From a virus (Duplodnaviria; Caudoviricetes): a stretch of DNA of 54,102 bases. This document shows, piece by piece, positions 27,769 to 37,180 of this stretch. The notes under the pieces are model-generated. The model was not told the origin of the DNA. It saw only the letters and a list, made by a program, of their open reading frames with translations, and made no database searches. A program made the translations under genes and the position numbers. Location: the IMG/VR virus record IMGVR_UViG_3300012988_000019, positions 1 to 54,102 of that record; one strand, 5' to 3'. The stretch's first letter is position 1, and each line of letters begins with the position of its first letter.

Positions 27769-27800
27769 CGGCCCCCGCCTCGAGATGAGGATCGGGGGCC
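27769..27800. terminator. Hairpin between convergent operons
   Basis: GGCCCCCG...CGGGGGCC. Confidence 0.6.
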
Positions 27801-27813
27801 TTCTGGCGTGTGT

Positions 27814-28269
27814 TTATCGCGCGATCATCGGGTGATCGAGCTGATCGAGCAGGTCGAATCCTGCCCCGAGAAGCTCATCCGGCTCATCCGTGATCGCCGC
27901 AATGGGCGAAGTGATCGAGTCGGTGGGCTCATCGGGCACCGGCGATTCCTGACCCTCTCCAAGAAAGTCGAACTCGTCGCCCTCGATGTCCTCCACACCC
28001 GGGGAGGCCTTGGGCCGGCCAGAGCCGATCTTCAGGCCTCGGCGCTGAGCCTCAGCCCAGGCGTCGATCTCGCAGTCGCTCGGCAGACCGCCGGCCTTGG
28101 TGATGCGCAGGTAGTCAGCGGCGATCCCGCGGATGTTCTCGGCCGGCTGAGAGAGCCGCCATGCCATGCGAGCATCGTCGTAGTCCACATTGTCGACCGG
28201 CATCGTGAGCTCGGGGTACAGGCTGTTCCGGTACCGCGAGCCTCGCTTCTTCGGGTTACCGCCCGGCAT
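27814..28269 (-). CDS. Hypothetical protein
   Basis: 151 aa; coupled to VRR-NUC. Confidence 0.65.
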   Translation of the reverse strand: MPGGNPKKRGSRYRNSLYPELTMPVDNVDYDDARMAWRLSQPAENIRGIAADYLRITKAGGLPSDCEIDAWAEAQRRGLKIGSGRPKASPGVEDIEGDEFDFLGEGQESPVPDEPTDSITSPIAAITDEPDELLGAGFDLLDQLDHPMIAR

Positions 28270-28561
28270 TCTTGAGCACCTCCTTGACTACCGCGAGAGC
28301 CTCGGCAGGGGACGTAACCACCTGCGCGTGACCACCCGCGTTCTCGATCTGGCTGTGCACCAGCACCTGCCTCGGCGAGACGTCGCCTCGGGTCTCGGGG
28401 TGCTTGGTCTCGAGGCCGATGAACAGCCCCTCTGCACAGACGATGATGTCCGGCAGCCCCGCCATCATGAACTCGCTGCCGTGAACCTTGAAGCAGAAGT
28501 AGCCTTCAGCACGGAGCTCGGTCATGATCTTGCGGCTGAGCTTAGACTCCCGCTGGGTCAT
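28256..28561 (-). CDS. VRR-NUC nuclease / Holliday junction resolvase
   Basis: ESKL...AGLPDII...FIGLETK...SPRQ. Confidence 0.9.
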   Translation of the reverse strand: MTQRESKLSRKIMTELRAEGYFCFKVHGSEFMMAGLPDIIVCAEGLFIGLETKHPETRGDVSPRQVLVHSQIENAGGHAQVVTSPAEALAVVKEVLKNAGR

Positions 28562-28661
28562 GATCTTCTCCTAAGTATGTAAGGGCAATCCGCCCTATCC
28601 GATGCACTGATACTATCGGATTGATAGCTGGCAATCAAGGATCTTTCTGACACAGGACAAA

Positions 28662-28686
28662 GCCCCTCTCCGGTGTGGAAAGGGGC
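28662..28686 (-). terminator. Hairpin downstream of SSB
   Basis: GCCCCTCTCC-GGTGT-GGAAAGGGGC. Confidence 0.55.
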
Positions 28687-28721
28687 CCTGTCTATCCTGC
28701 TAGAGGGTTGGTCCAACCCCC

Positions 28722-29507
28722 TCAGAGATCGTCGATGTCGAGCTCCTCGAGCTCGTCGTCGGTGACCTCGGTCGCCTTCTTCTTGGCCGCGGCCTTCTTC
28801 TTCGCGGCCGGCTTCGGAGCGGGCTCGGGCTCCTCCTCGTCCTCCTCGTCCTCCGGGTCGCCGGCGCGCTCGGCCGAGGCCTCACGCAGCAGGTCGCGCA
28901 GGTCGTCGTCGGACTGCGACTTCTTGGCGACGAAGCTCGGGTCGAGCTTCTTGAGCTCCGCCTTGAGCGCGGCCCGGTCGAGCTCGGCCAGCGGGTCGGT
29001 CTCCTCCTCGGCCTCGTCCTCGGTGTCGTCGTCCGCGAGGTCGTCGAGGTCCTCCGTGGCCTCGTCCTCGTCGTCCTCGATGGGCTCGTCGTCCTCGGGC
29101 TCCGCACCGTCGGCGAGCTCGGCGGCCGGGAAGACCGCGGCGATGGTCGACTGCTCCTTGCCGTCGTACTCGTCGTCCTCGACCGTCACGCCGATGGTCT
29201 TGCCGACCACCTTGTTCGGGTCGACCTTCATCTTCTTCTTCGGCACCGTGAGGCCGGCCGCGATCAGCAGGTTGCGCAGCTTCCAGAGCTGGTTCTCCTG
29301 CAGCTTGCAGTAGTAGGGGAAGACCGACTGCGAGTGCTTGGTGATCTTGATGGAGACGAGGTACTGGAAGACCCCGTCCTTCGCCTCGGCGTCCTCGATC
29401 TTCGTCACCGTCGCGAGGTAGTCACCCGCGGGGATGCGCCGGCGGTTGAAGTTGCCGCCGTCCTTGACGTTCGAGAAGTCGATGTTCCTGGCACTGGCTC
29501 CTGCCAT
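28722..29507 (-). CDS. ssDNA-binding protein (DUF669-like) with acidic tail
   Basis: IPAGDYLATV...LWKLRNLL...VGKTIGVTV; next to the AAA ATPase and exonuclease. Confidence 0.75.
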   Translation of the reverse strand: MAGASARNIDFSNVKDGGNFNRRRIPAGDYLATVTKIEDAEAKDGVFQYLVSIKITKHSQSVFPYYCKLQENQLWKLRNLLIAAGLTVPKKKMKVDPNKVVGKTIGVTVEDDEYDGKEQSTIAAVFPAAELADGAEPEDDEPIEDDEDEATEDLDDLADDDTEDEAEEETDPLAELDRAALKAELKKLDPSFVAKKSQSDDDLRDLLREASAERAGDPEDEEDEEEPEPAPKPAAKKKAAAKKKATEVTDDELEELDIDDL

Positions 29508-29542
29508 TGTGGCATGTTCCTTTCGTGATTCCAGCTAAGCGC

Positions 29543-30328
29543 TTAGCTGGAGGTCTTGGGGGTTGCGGTCGCCGATCCGGTACGCATCAGGCGAACCAGC
29601 TTAGGAATCGTAGGATTCCGGATGAAATCAGGCAAGGTGTAGTCGGAACGATATCCGGTGTCGTACTTCAGCGACTCGCCGATCCAGAGTCGTCGTTCCG
29701 CCTTGCCATCATCGTTCTTGACGATGTAGAGCCGGCCGATGACGTCGACCATGGAGGTGATCGATCCCCGGACACCCTTCGGCAGGTCGGGCAGGAAGAG
29801 CGCGCTAACGCCCTCGACGTCCTCGTCCTCCTCAGAGTCATCCGAGTTCTCGACCATGCGCTCGTTGGCGGTGAAGATGACACCCAGCGGCAGGTTCTGG
29901 AACTGGTTGAGCATCTCCTTCATCAGCTCGCCAGCCTTGCCGTAGTCGCGCTGCTGCACCATGCCGGGGATGCGGTCGAGGGACTTCTCCTCCTGCAGCT
30001 TCATCACGTACTTGAGCGCCATGTTGGCCAGCTTGGTCATGGCATCGACCCCGACCCACTGGTAGTCGTGCTTCTCGTGGCGCAGGAACTGGTAGGCCTC
30101 GTCGATGTCCTCCCAGCGCTCGATGTGCCAGACGTGCGGGTCCTTCTTCTTCATCTCGTCCGTGCCATGCTCGGGATCGAGGATGAGGATCTTGTCCACA
30201 CCCACCGTCGTGAGCAGGGTGGACTTCCCCTTCTTGTTGCGGGAGTAGATGAAGATGCGGGGGAACCGCTTCTGCTGTGACGGCCGCGAGATGCGCTGTC
30301 GCGCGATCGCCGCGTAGTCCTTGGCCAT
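29543..30328 (-). CDS. AAA ATPase (AAA_24 / Sak4-like)
   Basis: SRNKKGKST, LDPEHGT, VGVDAMT, QRDYGK. Confidence 0.85.
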   Translation of the reverse strand: MAKDYAAIARQRISRPSQQKRFPRIFIYSRNKKGKSTLLTTVGVDKILILDPEHGTDEMKKKDPHVWHIERWEDIDEAYQFLRHEKHDYQWVGVDAMTKLANMALKYVMKLQEEKSLDRIPGMVQQRDYGKAGELMKEMLNQFQNLPLGVIFTANERMVENSDDSEEDEDVEGVSALFLPDLPKGVRGSITSMVDVIGRLYIVKNDDGKAERRLWIGESLKYDTGYRSDYTLPDFIRNPTIPKLVRLMRTGSATATPKTSS

Positions 30329-30391
30329 GCGTGTCCTTTCCTTCCGGGCCCCTATACTATCAGCGGGGAATGCTGTCGCGCACCTACCGCG

Positions 30392-30601
30392 TCAGTCGCG
30401 ATTCCGCACCGCGTACCGGAGCTGCTTCCGGTTGAAGGGCCGGGAGGGGATGGGCATGTGCTGCTCGACGTCCTTGTACTTGGCCAGCACCCCCTTGCCA
30501 TCCTTGCGCAGGTGGTCGCTCCAGGCCATGCCGCAGATGCAGACCTTGGAGGGCTTGGGCGCCTTGATCTTGGCGAGCTCGAGGCTCTTCCCACTGGCCA
30601 T
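30392..30601 (-). CDS. Hypothetical protein
   Basis: MASGKSL...CICG...H. Confidence 0.6.
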   Translation of the reverse strand: MASGKSLELAKIKAPKPSKVCICGMAWSDHLRKDGKGVLAKYKDVEQHMPIPSRPFNRKQLRYAVRNRD

Positions 30602-30602
30602 G

Positions 30603-30731
30603 TCAGACCTCTTCCTCGTCGATGACCTCGGCCCCGAGGGCGCGGAGGGTGTCCATGATCCGCATGTATGTGTCCGGCTCGCCATCATCCTCGAGCTCGA
30701 TGACCAGCTTGAGCGTGCGGGGGTTGCCCAT
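30603..30731 (-). CDS. Small hypothetical protein
   Basis: 42 aa MGNPRTLKLVIEL..., translated manually. Confidence 0.55.
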   Translation of the reverse strand: MGNPRTLKLVIELEDDGEPDTYMRIMDTLRALGAEVIDEEEV

Positions 30732-30732
30732 G

Positions 30733-31104
30733 TCAGATCTCCAGACGGTTGCGCAGGTCGGCCACGCGGGTCACCGCGTGACGGTAGCGACGGATGAGGG
30801 TCTCGAGCTGCTCCGCGAGGGGGCTCTGCTGCGGCGGGTCCTCCGGGTAGCCCTCCTTCGACTCCGCATCGCGCGCCGGCACGAGCAGGGGGTCGACCCG
30901 CTCGTCCAGGCCGTTGAGAGCATCGTGGAGCATGATGGCCGTCTCCTCGAGCTCCTTGACGCGCTGCATGAGGCTGATGGGCCGGGGCGAAGCGTCGGAC
31001 ATGCCGACCTCAGTCTTGCCCCTCATGCCCACGATGCGACCCGAACCGACGTCGCGGGTGGTGCGCTCCGCCGGCCACTCCTCCTGGGCCCGGTCGTTGC
31101 CCAT
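30733..31104 (-). CDS. Hypothetical coiled-coil protein
   Basis: 123 aa; AGGAGG RBS. Confidence 0.6.
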   Translation of the reverse strand: MGNDRAQEEWPAERTTRDVGSGRIVGMRGKTEVGMSDASPRPISLMQRVKELEETAIMLHDALNGLDERVDPLLVPARDAESKEGYPEDPPQQSPLAEQLETLIRRYRHAVTRVADLRNRLEI

Positions 31105-31105
31105 G

Positions 31106-31267
31106 TCAGGCCTCCTGCTCGGGGTGGACCAGCGCGTCGACCTGCGTGGTCACGGTCTCGCTGACCAGCCGGCCCTGCTCGTCGTACTGCAGGGTGCGGG
31201 TCTGCGACGTCACCGTACCGACGTCACCAGACTGCAGCGAGCGGGCCTTGTTCTTCACCTTGGCCAT
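31106..31267 (-). CDS. Small hypothetical protein
   Basis: 53 aa MAKVKNKARSL...; AAGGAG RBS. Confidence 0.55.
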   Translation of the reverse strand: MAKVKNKARSLQSGDVGTVTSQTRTLQYDEQGRLVSETVTTQVDALVHPEQEA

Positions 31268-31269
31268 GA

Positions 31270-32421
31270 TCACTCCTTCTCGGGCACGTCGCCGGCCCGG
31301 TCGTTGTAGTAGTCGTTCGGGTCACCGACCGTGTAGTTCTGCCGGATCAGGGGGCGCAGGTTGCCACCCATGAGCTCCGCCGTGCAGAGGTCGGTGTAGG
31401 AGCAGCTGAAGGTGCAGCCCCTCTCGACCACCCGTTCCACCTGGTCGGGGTTGTCGAAGTTGTAGTTGTGCATCCGCAGGGAGGTCGTGTAGTTCCCCTG
31501 CAGCACCCGCTCGATCATGTCGTCGGACTTCTCGAGCACGTCGCGGCGGAAGAAGGTGGAGGTCTGCGGCTTGCCGAACTCGTAGCGCGCAGCCTGCAGC
31601 TGACGGAGCCGAGCCTTGTCATCCTCCGAGATCACGAACTGGGGGTTCTCTGCCTTGTACTTCTTGAGCGCCCGGTACATCGTCGGATAGTCGGTGTCAC
31701 AGGCGGACTTGCTGATGCGCTTCCCGTCCTTGAGCAGCGCGGGTGTGGACGGGGCCTTCCACCGGATGTAGTTCCAGATGAACCCCTTCACATCCAGCCC
31801 GTTCTCGCGAGCGGCCCAGAGGTACAGGGCAGACTGCGCATCGAGCAGACGGAAGTTCATGTCGGGCAGGGTCTTGTGCGTCTTGTGGTCCACCAGGTAG
31901 AGACCGAACTGGGTCTCGACCAGGGCGTCGACCTTCCCTCGGTAGATCGTCCCGTCGGGTAGCTCGGCCTCGAGCTGGAACTCCGCGTCGATGTACTTCC
32001 AGGGGTCGTTCTTGTAGTGCCACATGTACGAGTTCATGATCTGAAGGATCTCCGTCGGCATGTCGCCGTAGTAGTCCTTCTCTTCGTCGAACAGCTGGTT
32101 GAACTTGGCACTGTATGCCGCGTGCAGAGCCCGCCAGTCCTCGCCCTTGTGGTACGCCTCGAGCAGAGCGTGAACCCAGGTCCCTCGCTTAAGCGGCGAA
32201 CCCAGTCGCTTCGGCTTGAGGCGATGGACGTACTTGAACTCGGCCTGCTTCGGACACCGACGGAATGTCTTGAGCATCGAGTGGGTGGAGATGCGGGCAC
32301 CCTCACCATCTCGAGCGTTCGGGTCCCAGTACAGACCCTTCGTGCCTTCGAGCCGGTCGTACATGTCGATACGGGCTTCGTCAGCATTCTCGAGGGGCAT
32401 CCCGAGGTCAACGGTCGTCAT
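31270..32421 (-). CDS. PD-(D/E)XK (RecB/Cas4-like) exonuclease
   Basis: TFRRCP, GTWVHALLE, GKVDAL...VDHKT, C..SCSY..LC. Confidence 0.9.
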   Translation of the reverse strand: MTTVDLGMPLENADEARIDMYDRLEGTKGLYWDPNARDGEGARISTHSMLKTFRRCPKQAEFKYVHRLKPKRLGSPLKRGTWVHALLEAYHKGEDWRALHAAYSAKFNQLFDEEKDYYGDMPTEILQIMNSYMWHYKNDPWKYIDAEFQLEAELPDGTIYRGKVDALVETQFGLYLVDHKTHKTLPDMNFRLLDAQSALYLWAARENGLDVKGFIWNYIRWKAPSTPALLKDGKRISKSACDTDYPTMYRALKKYKAENPQFVISEDDKARLRQLQAARYEFGKPQTSTFFRRDVLEKSDDMIERVLQGNYTTSLRMHNYNFDNPDQVERVVERGCTFSCSYTDLCTAELMGGNLRPLIRQNYTVGDPNDYYNDRAGDVPEKE

Positions 32422-32449
32422 CTTCCTCCTTTGTCAGATGTCGACTCTA

Positions 32450-32653
32450 TCACGCAGCCCGCTGAGGAGTCAACGCCTGGCGGCCCTCGCCCTTCTCCTG
32501 GGAGGTCAGGTGGAAGTGACCGTTGGGGCAGGGGTAGTATCGCTTCTCGCCCTTGTCCTTCCACACCCGGGAGGCGAGGGCGATCTTCGCATCCAGCTCG
32601 GTCTCGAAGACCACCTTGCCGGCACGGTTGCAGCGGCGGAGCTTCTTAGTCAT
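32450..32653 (-). CDS. Small Zn-binding phage protein
   Basis: C..GKVVF...YYPCPNGHFHLTS. Confidence 0.65.
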   Translation of the reverse strand: MTKKLRRCNRAGKVVFETELDAKIALASRVWKDKGEKRYYPCPNGHFHLTSQEKGEGRQALTPQRAA

Positions 32654-32823
32654 CAGTTCACCTTCTTGGCGCACTTGTAGCAGAGGATGGCTGGGATGGC
32701 AGTCTCGGTGTAGAATCGAGACCAACCCCCCATATCCAGCCCGCAGGCGGTGCGATCACCCGGGAAGTTCACCAGGTGCATGAGAGACGGTCGCTTGTTA
32801 ACCGTGCGTGCCACTACGAACAT
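32653..32823 (-). CDS. Small Zn-finger protein
   Basis: 56 aa H...TACG...CYKC, translated manually; promoter TTGACG-17-TAGTAT (32858-32886). Confidence 0.65.
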   Translation of the reverse strand: MFVVARTVNKRPSLMHLVNFPGDRTACGLDMGGWSRFYTETAIPAILCYKCAKKVN

Positions 32824-32888
32824 TGCTTCACCTCAATCGTGGTCGATCAGTGAAGCAATACTACCAACACTGACCTATGTCGTCAACA

Positions 32889-33182
32889 TCAGCTTCCCCT
32901 TTCTTGCTTACGGAGTGCCGCCTCGAGCCGGATCATCTCGTTGAACTCGGAGGGGTACTTGCGAGCGAGTCGACGAAACGCGCGCGAGCGGATCAACTCG
33001 CGCTCCCTGGAAGCGTCGAGGGTCTTCCCATCGTTCCGTTGCTTCTGCTCCGCCTGATATCTCGCATGTGCTTCACGGCAGCCGCAGGAGTCTTCCTCAT
33101 CGATCATCACCTTGTGTCGATGGTGGGCCATGTAGCCCGCATTGGTGCCATGGTGGATCGTGATGACTGAGGTCTTAGGCAC
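32889..33182 (-). CDS. HGT..GY..H..C.CR family protein
   Basis: Motif typical of actinophages; GTG start overlaps the pol stop. Confidence 0.6.
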   Translation of the reverse strand: MPKTSVITIHHGTNAGYMAHHRHKVMIDEEDSCGCREAHARYQAEQKQRNDGKTLDASRERELIRSRAFRRLARKYPSEFNEMIRLEAALRKQERGS

Positions 33183-35715
33183 CCTTGTACTCCAGCTTGA
33201 AGTCGTAGACCTGGTCGGGGCTGAGCTCCTTCTTATCGCCCCAGTGCTGCCCGACGGCAACATCGGCGATGATCGGGATGTCGACCACCGTACCGAATTT
33301 CTTGTACACCAGATCCATATCCTCCATCACATCCTTGATGATGGGGAGAGCCTGCGGCAGGTAGTCATCCCGAATCTCGTAGTTGATGGCATCGTGCACC
33401 AACCCGAGGCAGTAACCCATGATGCCCAGCTCGCGGAAGCGTCGGTTAATCTCGATCATCGAGAGTACCGCCATGTCCGAGGCGAAGCCCTGCACCGGAG
33501 AGTTGATCGCCTGGCGCTCGGCTTCAGACTGCACCCCCTTATCGGGCGAGTAGATGTCGGGCAGGTGCCTGACGCGTCCCAGAGGGCTCTGAACTCGCCC
33601 GTACTCGCGCACCAATCGTCGCTGTCGAGCGTGCCAGGGGAGAAGCTTGGGGTAGAGCTGGAAGTATGTCGCCCGAGCGCCCTGTGCCTCGAGCTCGCTG
33701 AACTCGGCCCCGTAGTTCTCGAAGGCGGTCTGGATGAACTTCTTCCACCCCATGCCATAGAGGAAGCCGAAGTTAACTGGCTTGCCCAGCTTCTTGCGCA
33801 CCTCCTTCTCGACCTGAGACTCAGGGATGCCCGCTACTCGAGCAGCAGTGGTAGTGTGAATGTCACCGCCAGTCGCGTAGATGTGCTTCATGTTCGTCTC
33901 GTCGGCAAGGAATGCCGCCACCCGCAGCTCGATCTGCGAGTAGTCGGACTCAACGAATGTCCACCCAGGAGGTGCACCGAACATGCCGCGGATGAAGGCG
34001 TCACGGGGTACCTGCTGCAGGTTGACCCCGCGCAGCTTGCCTCGACTACCGCTGATCTTGTCAGCGTCAGCCTTGCCCGAACTGAGTCGCCCCGTCACCG
34101 TACCCGCCAGCTTGAATGTGGTGTGGATGCGGTGATTCTCGTCGTAGAGCTCGACGTAGGGGTTGAAGAACGCGGTGAGGTGCTTGTTCGCAGTCACCCG
34201 GTCGAGCATGTGCGGTACTACCGGATGCTCATTCTTGAGTGCCATGAGCACGCCTTCCGCCATGCTCGGGTCACCGGGCGAGCCATCCTCCTTGTCCTTG
34301 CCCCGTTCGAGCACCGGCAGTCCGCACCACTCGAACAGCATCCACTTGGCGAAGTTACTCGCGTTGAAGTTTCGCTCGAGCGGGATGCGCTTGTCCCCGG
34401 ACTTGAGGTGTTTGATCGTGGCAGGCCACTCAGGATCACTCGGGTCGGGCAGCTCAGCAGCCTCGGCGATGCGCTCCTCGATCTCAGCGAGCTTCTGCTC
34501 AGCCTGAGGCTTCCGTTCGTTCAGCCGCTTGACATCGATCCAGATGCCCCGGAGCTCAGAGTCAATCAGCTCGCGCTGTGCCGGCATCGTGAGCAGCTTG
34601 AAGATGCGAGCGAGCCGTGGCTGCTCCTTCAGCTCTTCGACCAGCTGCTGCTTCACCCAGTACATGTACCAGGTATCGAGAACGTTGTAGTGCAGCACGT
34701 CATCCAGGTCGTGCTTGAACAGGTCACCGGTGTCGATGCCCCAGGGCTCCACACCCAGGCGAGCCATTGCCTGAGGCTTCAGTCCCTTCTGGATATTCTC
34801 GTTCATCAGCGCGATGGCGAGCATGGTGTCGAAGGTGGGATAGAGCTTCACCCCGTACCAGATCAGCCACTTGCAGTCGAAGCTGGAGTTGTGAGCCACC
34901 ACCTTGCGGATGCCCTCAGTATGCTTACCGATGACCCGCAGCACCTGCTTCCAGCTGCTTCGCCAGGGCGACTGGGGGTGGCAGAGAGGGACCGCGATCA
35001 CGGCTCGCTTGCGCTGACCGAAGGTGTCGGGCTTCAGAATGCAGGTGGCCGCGAGCGAGACCATCTTGGACTCGTCCTTGTAGTACTCGCCGCTGGGTGC
35101 GTGCGTCTCGATGTCGACGTAGATTTCGTCAGTCCTGTCGAGAATCTTGAGCACCAGGGCGAGTGAGGCCTTGTCCCGAGCCACTGTGTACTTCGGATCA
35201 GGAATACCAACCTCGCGGCCCTTCACCTTGTTCACGAAGAGCCTCAGGTCAGCGATGTAGCCTGGCGTCTGACCCGGGTTGCGCTTCACTGCCGAGGGCG
35301 AGATGGTGGCGATGACCTCAGCACCGAAGTCGGTCGTGAAGGTCTTGCCTCGGTACTTGGTGATACCCGACTTGCCCGTCAGCGCGAGCAGTGCCTCATT
35401 ACCGAGCGCGAGGATGTACTTCGGCTTGATACGCCGGATCTCCTCGTCGAAGTAGTCAGCTGCGTGAGTCTTGAGCTGCTTGTTCGTGAGCGAGAGGTCG
35501 AACGACCGGCACTTGATCACCGGAGTGAAGTAGACCGAGCCGACATCCAACCCCAGCTCGGTGAGCTGAGCCTCAAGCGCCTGCTGGTAGGTGCCCGAGT
35601 TCTTCATCTTGCCGACGACCACGATCTTCGCGTCAGCTGGCCCGGTGGAGTAGGTCTCGACGCGGTGGGGGTCATCACAGAGGATGCACTGGTCGAGAAG
35701 CTGTACGACTGTCAT
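33175..35715 (-). CDS. polA: Family A DNA polymerase with N-terminal UDG-like domain and 3'-5' exonuclease
   Basis: DIET, HNSSFD, YNVLD exonuclease motifs; TGRLSS, DYSQIELR, K..NFGFLYG, VHDA; leaderless promoter TTGACC-17-TAGAAT (35722-35750). Confidence 0.95.
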   Translation of the reverse strand: MTVVQLLDQCILCDDPHRVETYSTGPADAKIVVVGKMKNSGTYQQALEAQLTELGLDVGSVYFTPVIKCRSFDLSLTNKQLKTHAADYFDEEIRRIKPKYILALGNEALLALTGKSGITKYRGKTFTTDFGAEVIATISPSAVKRNPGQTPGYIADLRLFVNKVKGREVGIPDPKYTVARDKASLALVLKILDRTDEIYVDIETHAPSGEYYKDESKMVSLAATCILKPDTFGQRKRAVIAVPLCHPQSPWRSSWKQVLRVIGKHTEGIRKVVAHNSSFDCKWLIWYGVKLYPTFDTMLAIALMNENIQKGLKPQAMARLGVEPWGIDTGDLFKHDLDDVLHYNVLDTWYMYWVKQQLVEELKEQPRLARIFKLLTMPAQRELIDSELRGIWIDVKRLNERKPQAEQKLAEIEERIAEAAELPDPSDPEWPATIKHLKSGDKRIPLERNFNASNFAKWMLFEWCGLPVLERGKDKEDGSPGDPSMAEGVLMALKNEHPVVPHMLDRVTANKHLTAFFNPYVELYDENHRIHTTFKLAGTVTGRLSSGKADADKISGSRGKLRGVNLQQVPRDAFIRGMFGAPPGWTFVESDYSQIELRVAAFLADETNMKHIYATGGDIHTTTAARVAGIPESQVEKEVRKKLGKPVNFGFLYGMGWKKFIQTAFENYGAEFSELEAQGARATYFQLYPKLLPWHARQRRLVREYGRVQSPLGRVRHLPDIYSPDKGVQSEAERQAINSPVQGFASDMAVLSMIEINRRFRELGIMGYCLGLVHDAINYEIRDDYLPQALPIIKDVMEDMDLVYKKFGTVVDIPIIADVAVGQHWGDKKELSPDQVYDFKLEYKGA

Positions 35716-35724
35716 ATGGCTATT

Positions 35725-36273
35725 CTACCTCTCCATCGATGAGAGGTCAACGACCCGGATTCCAGCAGCAGTGAGCATCCACACCCCACTGGCGATGCGG
35801 TACGGCACCTTGTAGATCACCCGCTTCACCCCGACGTTCAGCAGCGAGCCGGCGCAGGTAGGGCAGGGCATGTGAGTGACATGAACCTCCGAGCCCTCGA
35901 GCGAGATGCCATGGCGAGCCGCGAAGTCGATGCCATTCCGCTCAGCGTGGTTGGCGATGGGGCATCCGTGCAGGACATCTCTCTCCCACCGACGGTCATC
36001 CCCGGCCCGAGTGAAAAACTCTCCTGGCTGGAAGTGGCAACCCTCGGGCCACTCCTGAGCCATCATGTCATCCACCCACTCGGGTCGATCACCATCTCCC
36101 ACGACGTAGTGCTCGCAGTGAGGCTGCCCCTTCGGTGCGCCGTTGTAGCCCGTTGCGAGGATGCGTCCCTCGCGGCTGAAGACCGCACCGACCCTCAGCC
36201 TCGAACACGTACCCCGCTTGGCCGCGACAGTTGCGTGCTCCATCAGCATCTGGTCCCTGCTCAGGCGCTCCAT
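35725..36273 (-). CDS. dCMP deaminase
   Basis: TGYNG, HAERN, THMPCPTC. Confidence 0.92.
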   Translation of the reverse strand: MERLSRDQMLMEHATVAAKRGTCSRLRVGAVFSREGRILATGYNGAPKGQPHCEHYVVGDGDRPEWVDDMMAQEWPEGCHFQPGEFFTRAGDDRRWERDVLHGCPIANHAERNGIDFAARHGISLEGSEVHVTHMPCPTCAGSLLNVGVKRVIYKVPYRIASGVWMLTAAGIRVVDLSSMER

Positions 36274-37124
36274 GCCTTGCCCTCCTCGTCGCGCAGCTTC
36301 ATGGCGGGGACATCCCCAGCGAAGCAGTGCAGCGAGACGATGTGCATGATCAGCTCGCTCACCTCGTACCTCAGCTGGCCCACCTCGTCGTTGAGACGGT
36401 CTCGCACCCACTGGGCCAGGCGACCCGCCATGTAGACATCGTCCTGGAAGTGCCGGATCAGGTCGCAGGAGCGCATGTAGTACGTGATCTGGAGCTTGTC
36501 GCCCCGGATCATGAAGTGGTACCCCAGCGTGCAGGGCACCCGCTCACCGTGAACCGCCCCCGTGTCCTCGGGGAACCAGATCGGGAGAAAGGCCTGGCGA
36601 GTGAGCGGCCCCTTCTTCAGCTGGTTGACGACATCGTCCAGGTCGCCGTAGTAGAACCGGATGCCATGCATGGGGTCCCAGGCCGTCGAGTTCGACTTCG
36701 CCATGTCGACGTAGGCCTCACCCGCCCACTTCGGCCACATCCGCTCGGGGTACGTGTGGGAGAAGGCCTCGCCCTGGCTCTTGTGGGCCTTGTTGGTCTC
36801 GCCGACCTCCGTCTTCTGCGCGAACGGCCACCAGGCCTCGCTCGGCGCGGGGTTCAGCGGCTCACCCCCCACCCGCTCCTTGAAGTGGTCCTCAGCCCAG
36901 GGCAGGTGAGCCCCGGTCTTCATCGCCAGGTGGTGCGCGGTGTGAGGGATCGGCATCACCATGCTCACGTTGGCGAGCTCGTGCGTCGCCAGCATCGGCT
37001 TGTCGCTGATGTCCTGCGACTGCCACTCGCCCGTGGCCACGATCGGGACCTCGAGCAGACGGCGCTGAAGGGTGCGGAAGACCTCTTCGAAGTCGTCGCC
37101 GTCGAATGCGTGAAGCGTCATCAT
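36261..37124 (-). CDS. Thymidylate synthase-fold enzyme (ThyA / dNMP hydroxymethylase family)
   Basis: TRQA, PCTLGYHF, MRSCD, SLH motifs; Asp at the Asn177-equivalent position. Confidence 0.85.
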   Translation of the reverse strand: MMTLHAFDGDDFEEVFRTLQRRLLEVPIVATGEWQSQDISDKPMLATHELANVSMVMPIPHTAHHLAMKTGAHLPWAEDHFKERVGGEPLNPAPSEAWWPFAQKTEVGETNKAHKSQGEAFSHTYPERMWPKWAGEAYVDMAKSNSTAWDPMHGIRFYYGDLDDVVNQLKKGPLTRQAFLPIWFPEDTGAVHGERVPCTLGYHFMIRGDKLQITYYMRSCDLIRHFQDDVYMAGRLAQWVRDRLNDEVGQLRYEVSELIMHIVSLHCFAGDVPAMKLRDEEGKAWSA

Positions 37125-37180
37125 CTCTCCTCGAGTGCTTGGAAGGCCGTCAGGATCGCCCGTACGCGATCATGCAGTCG

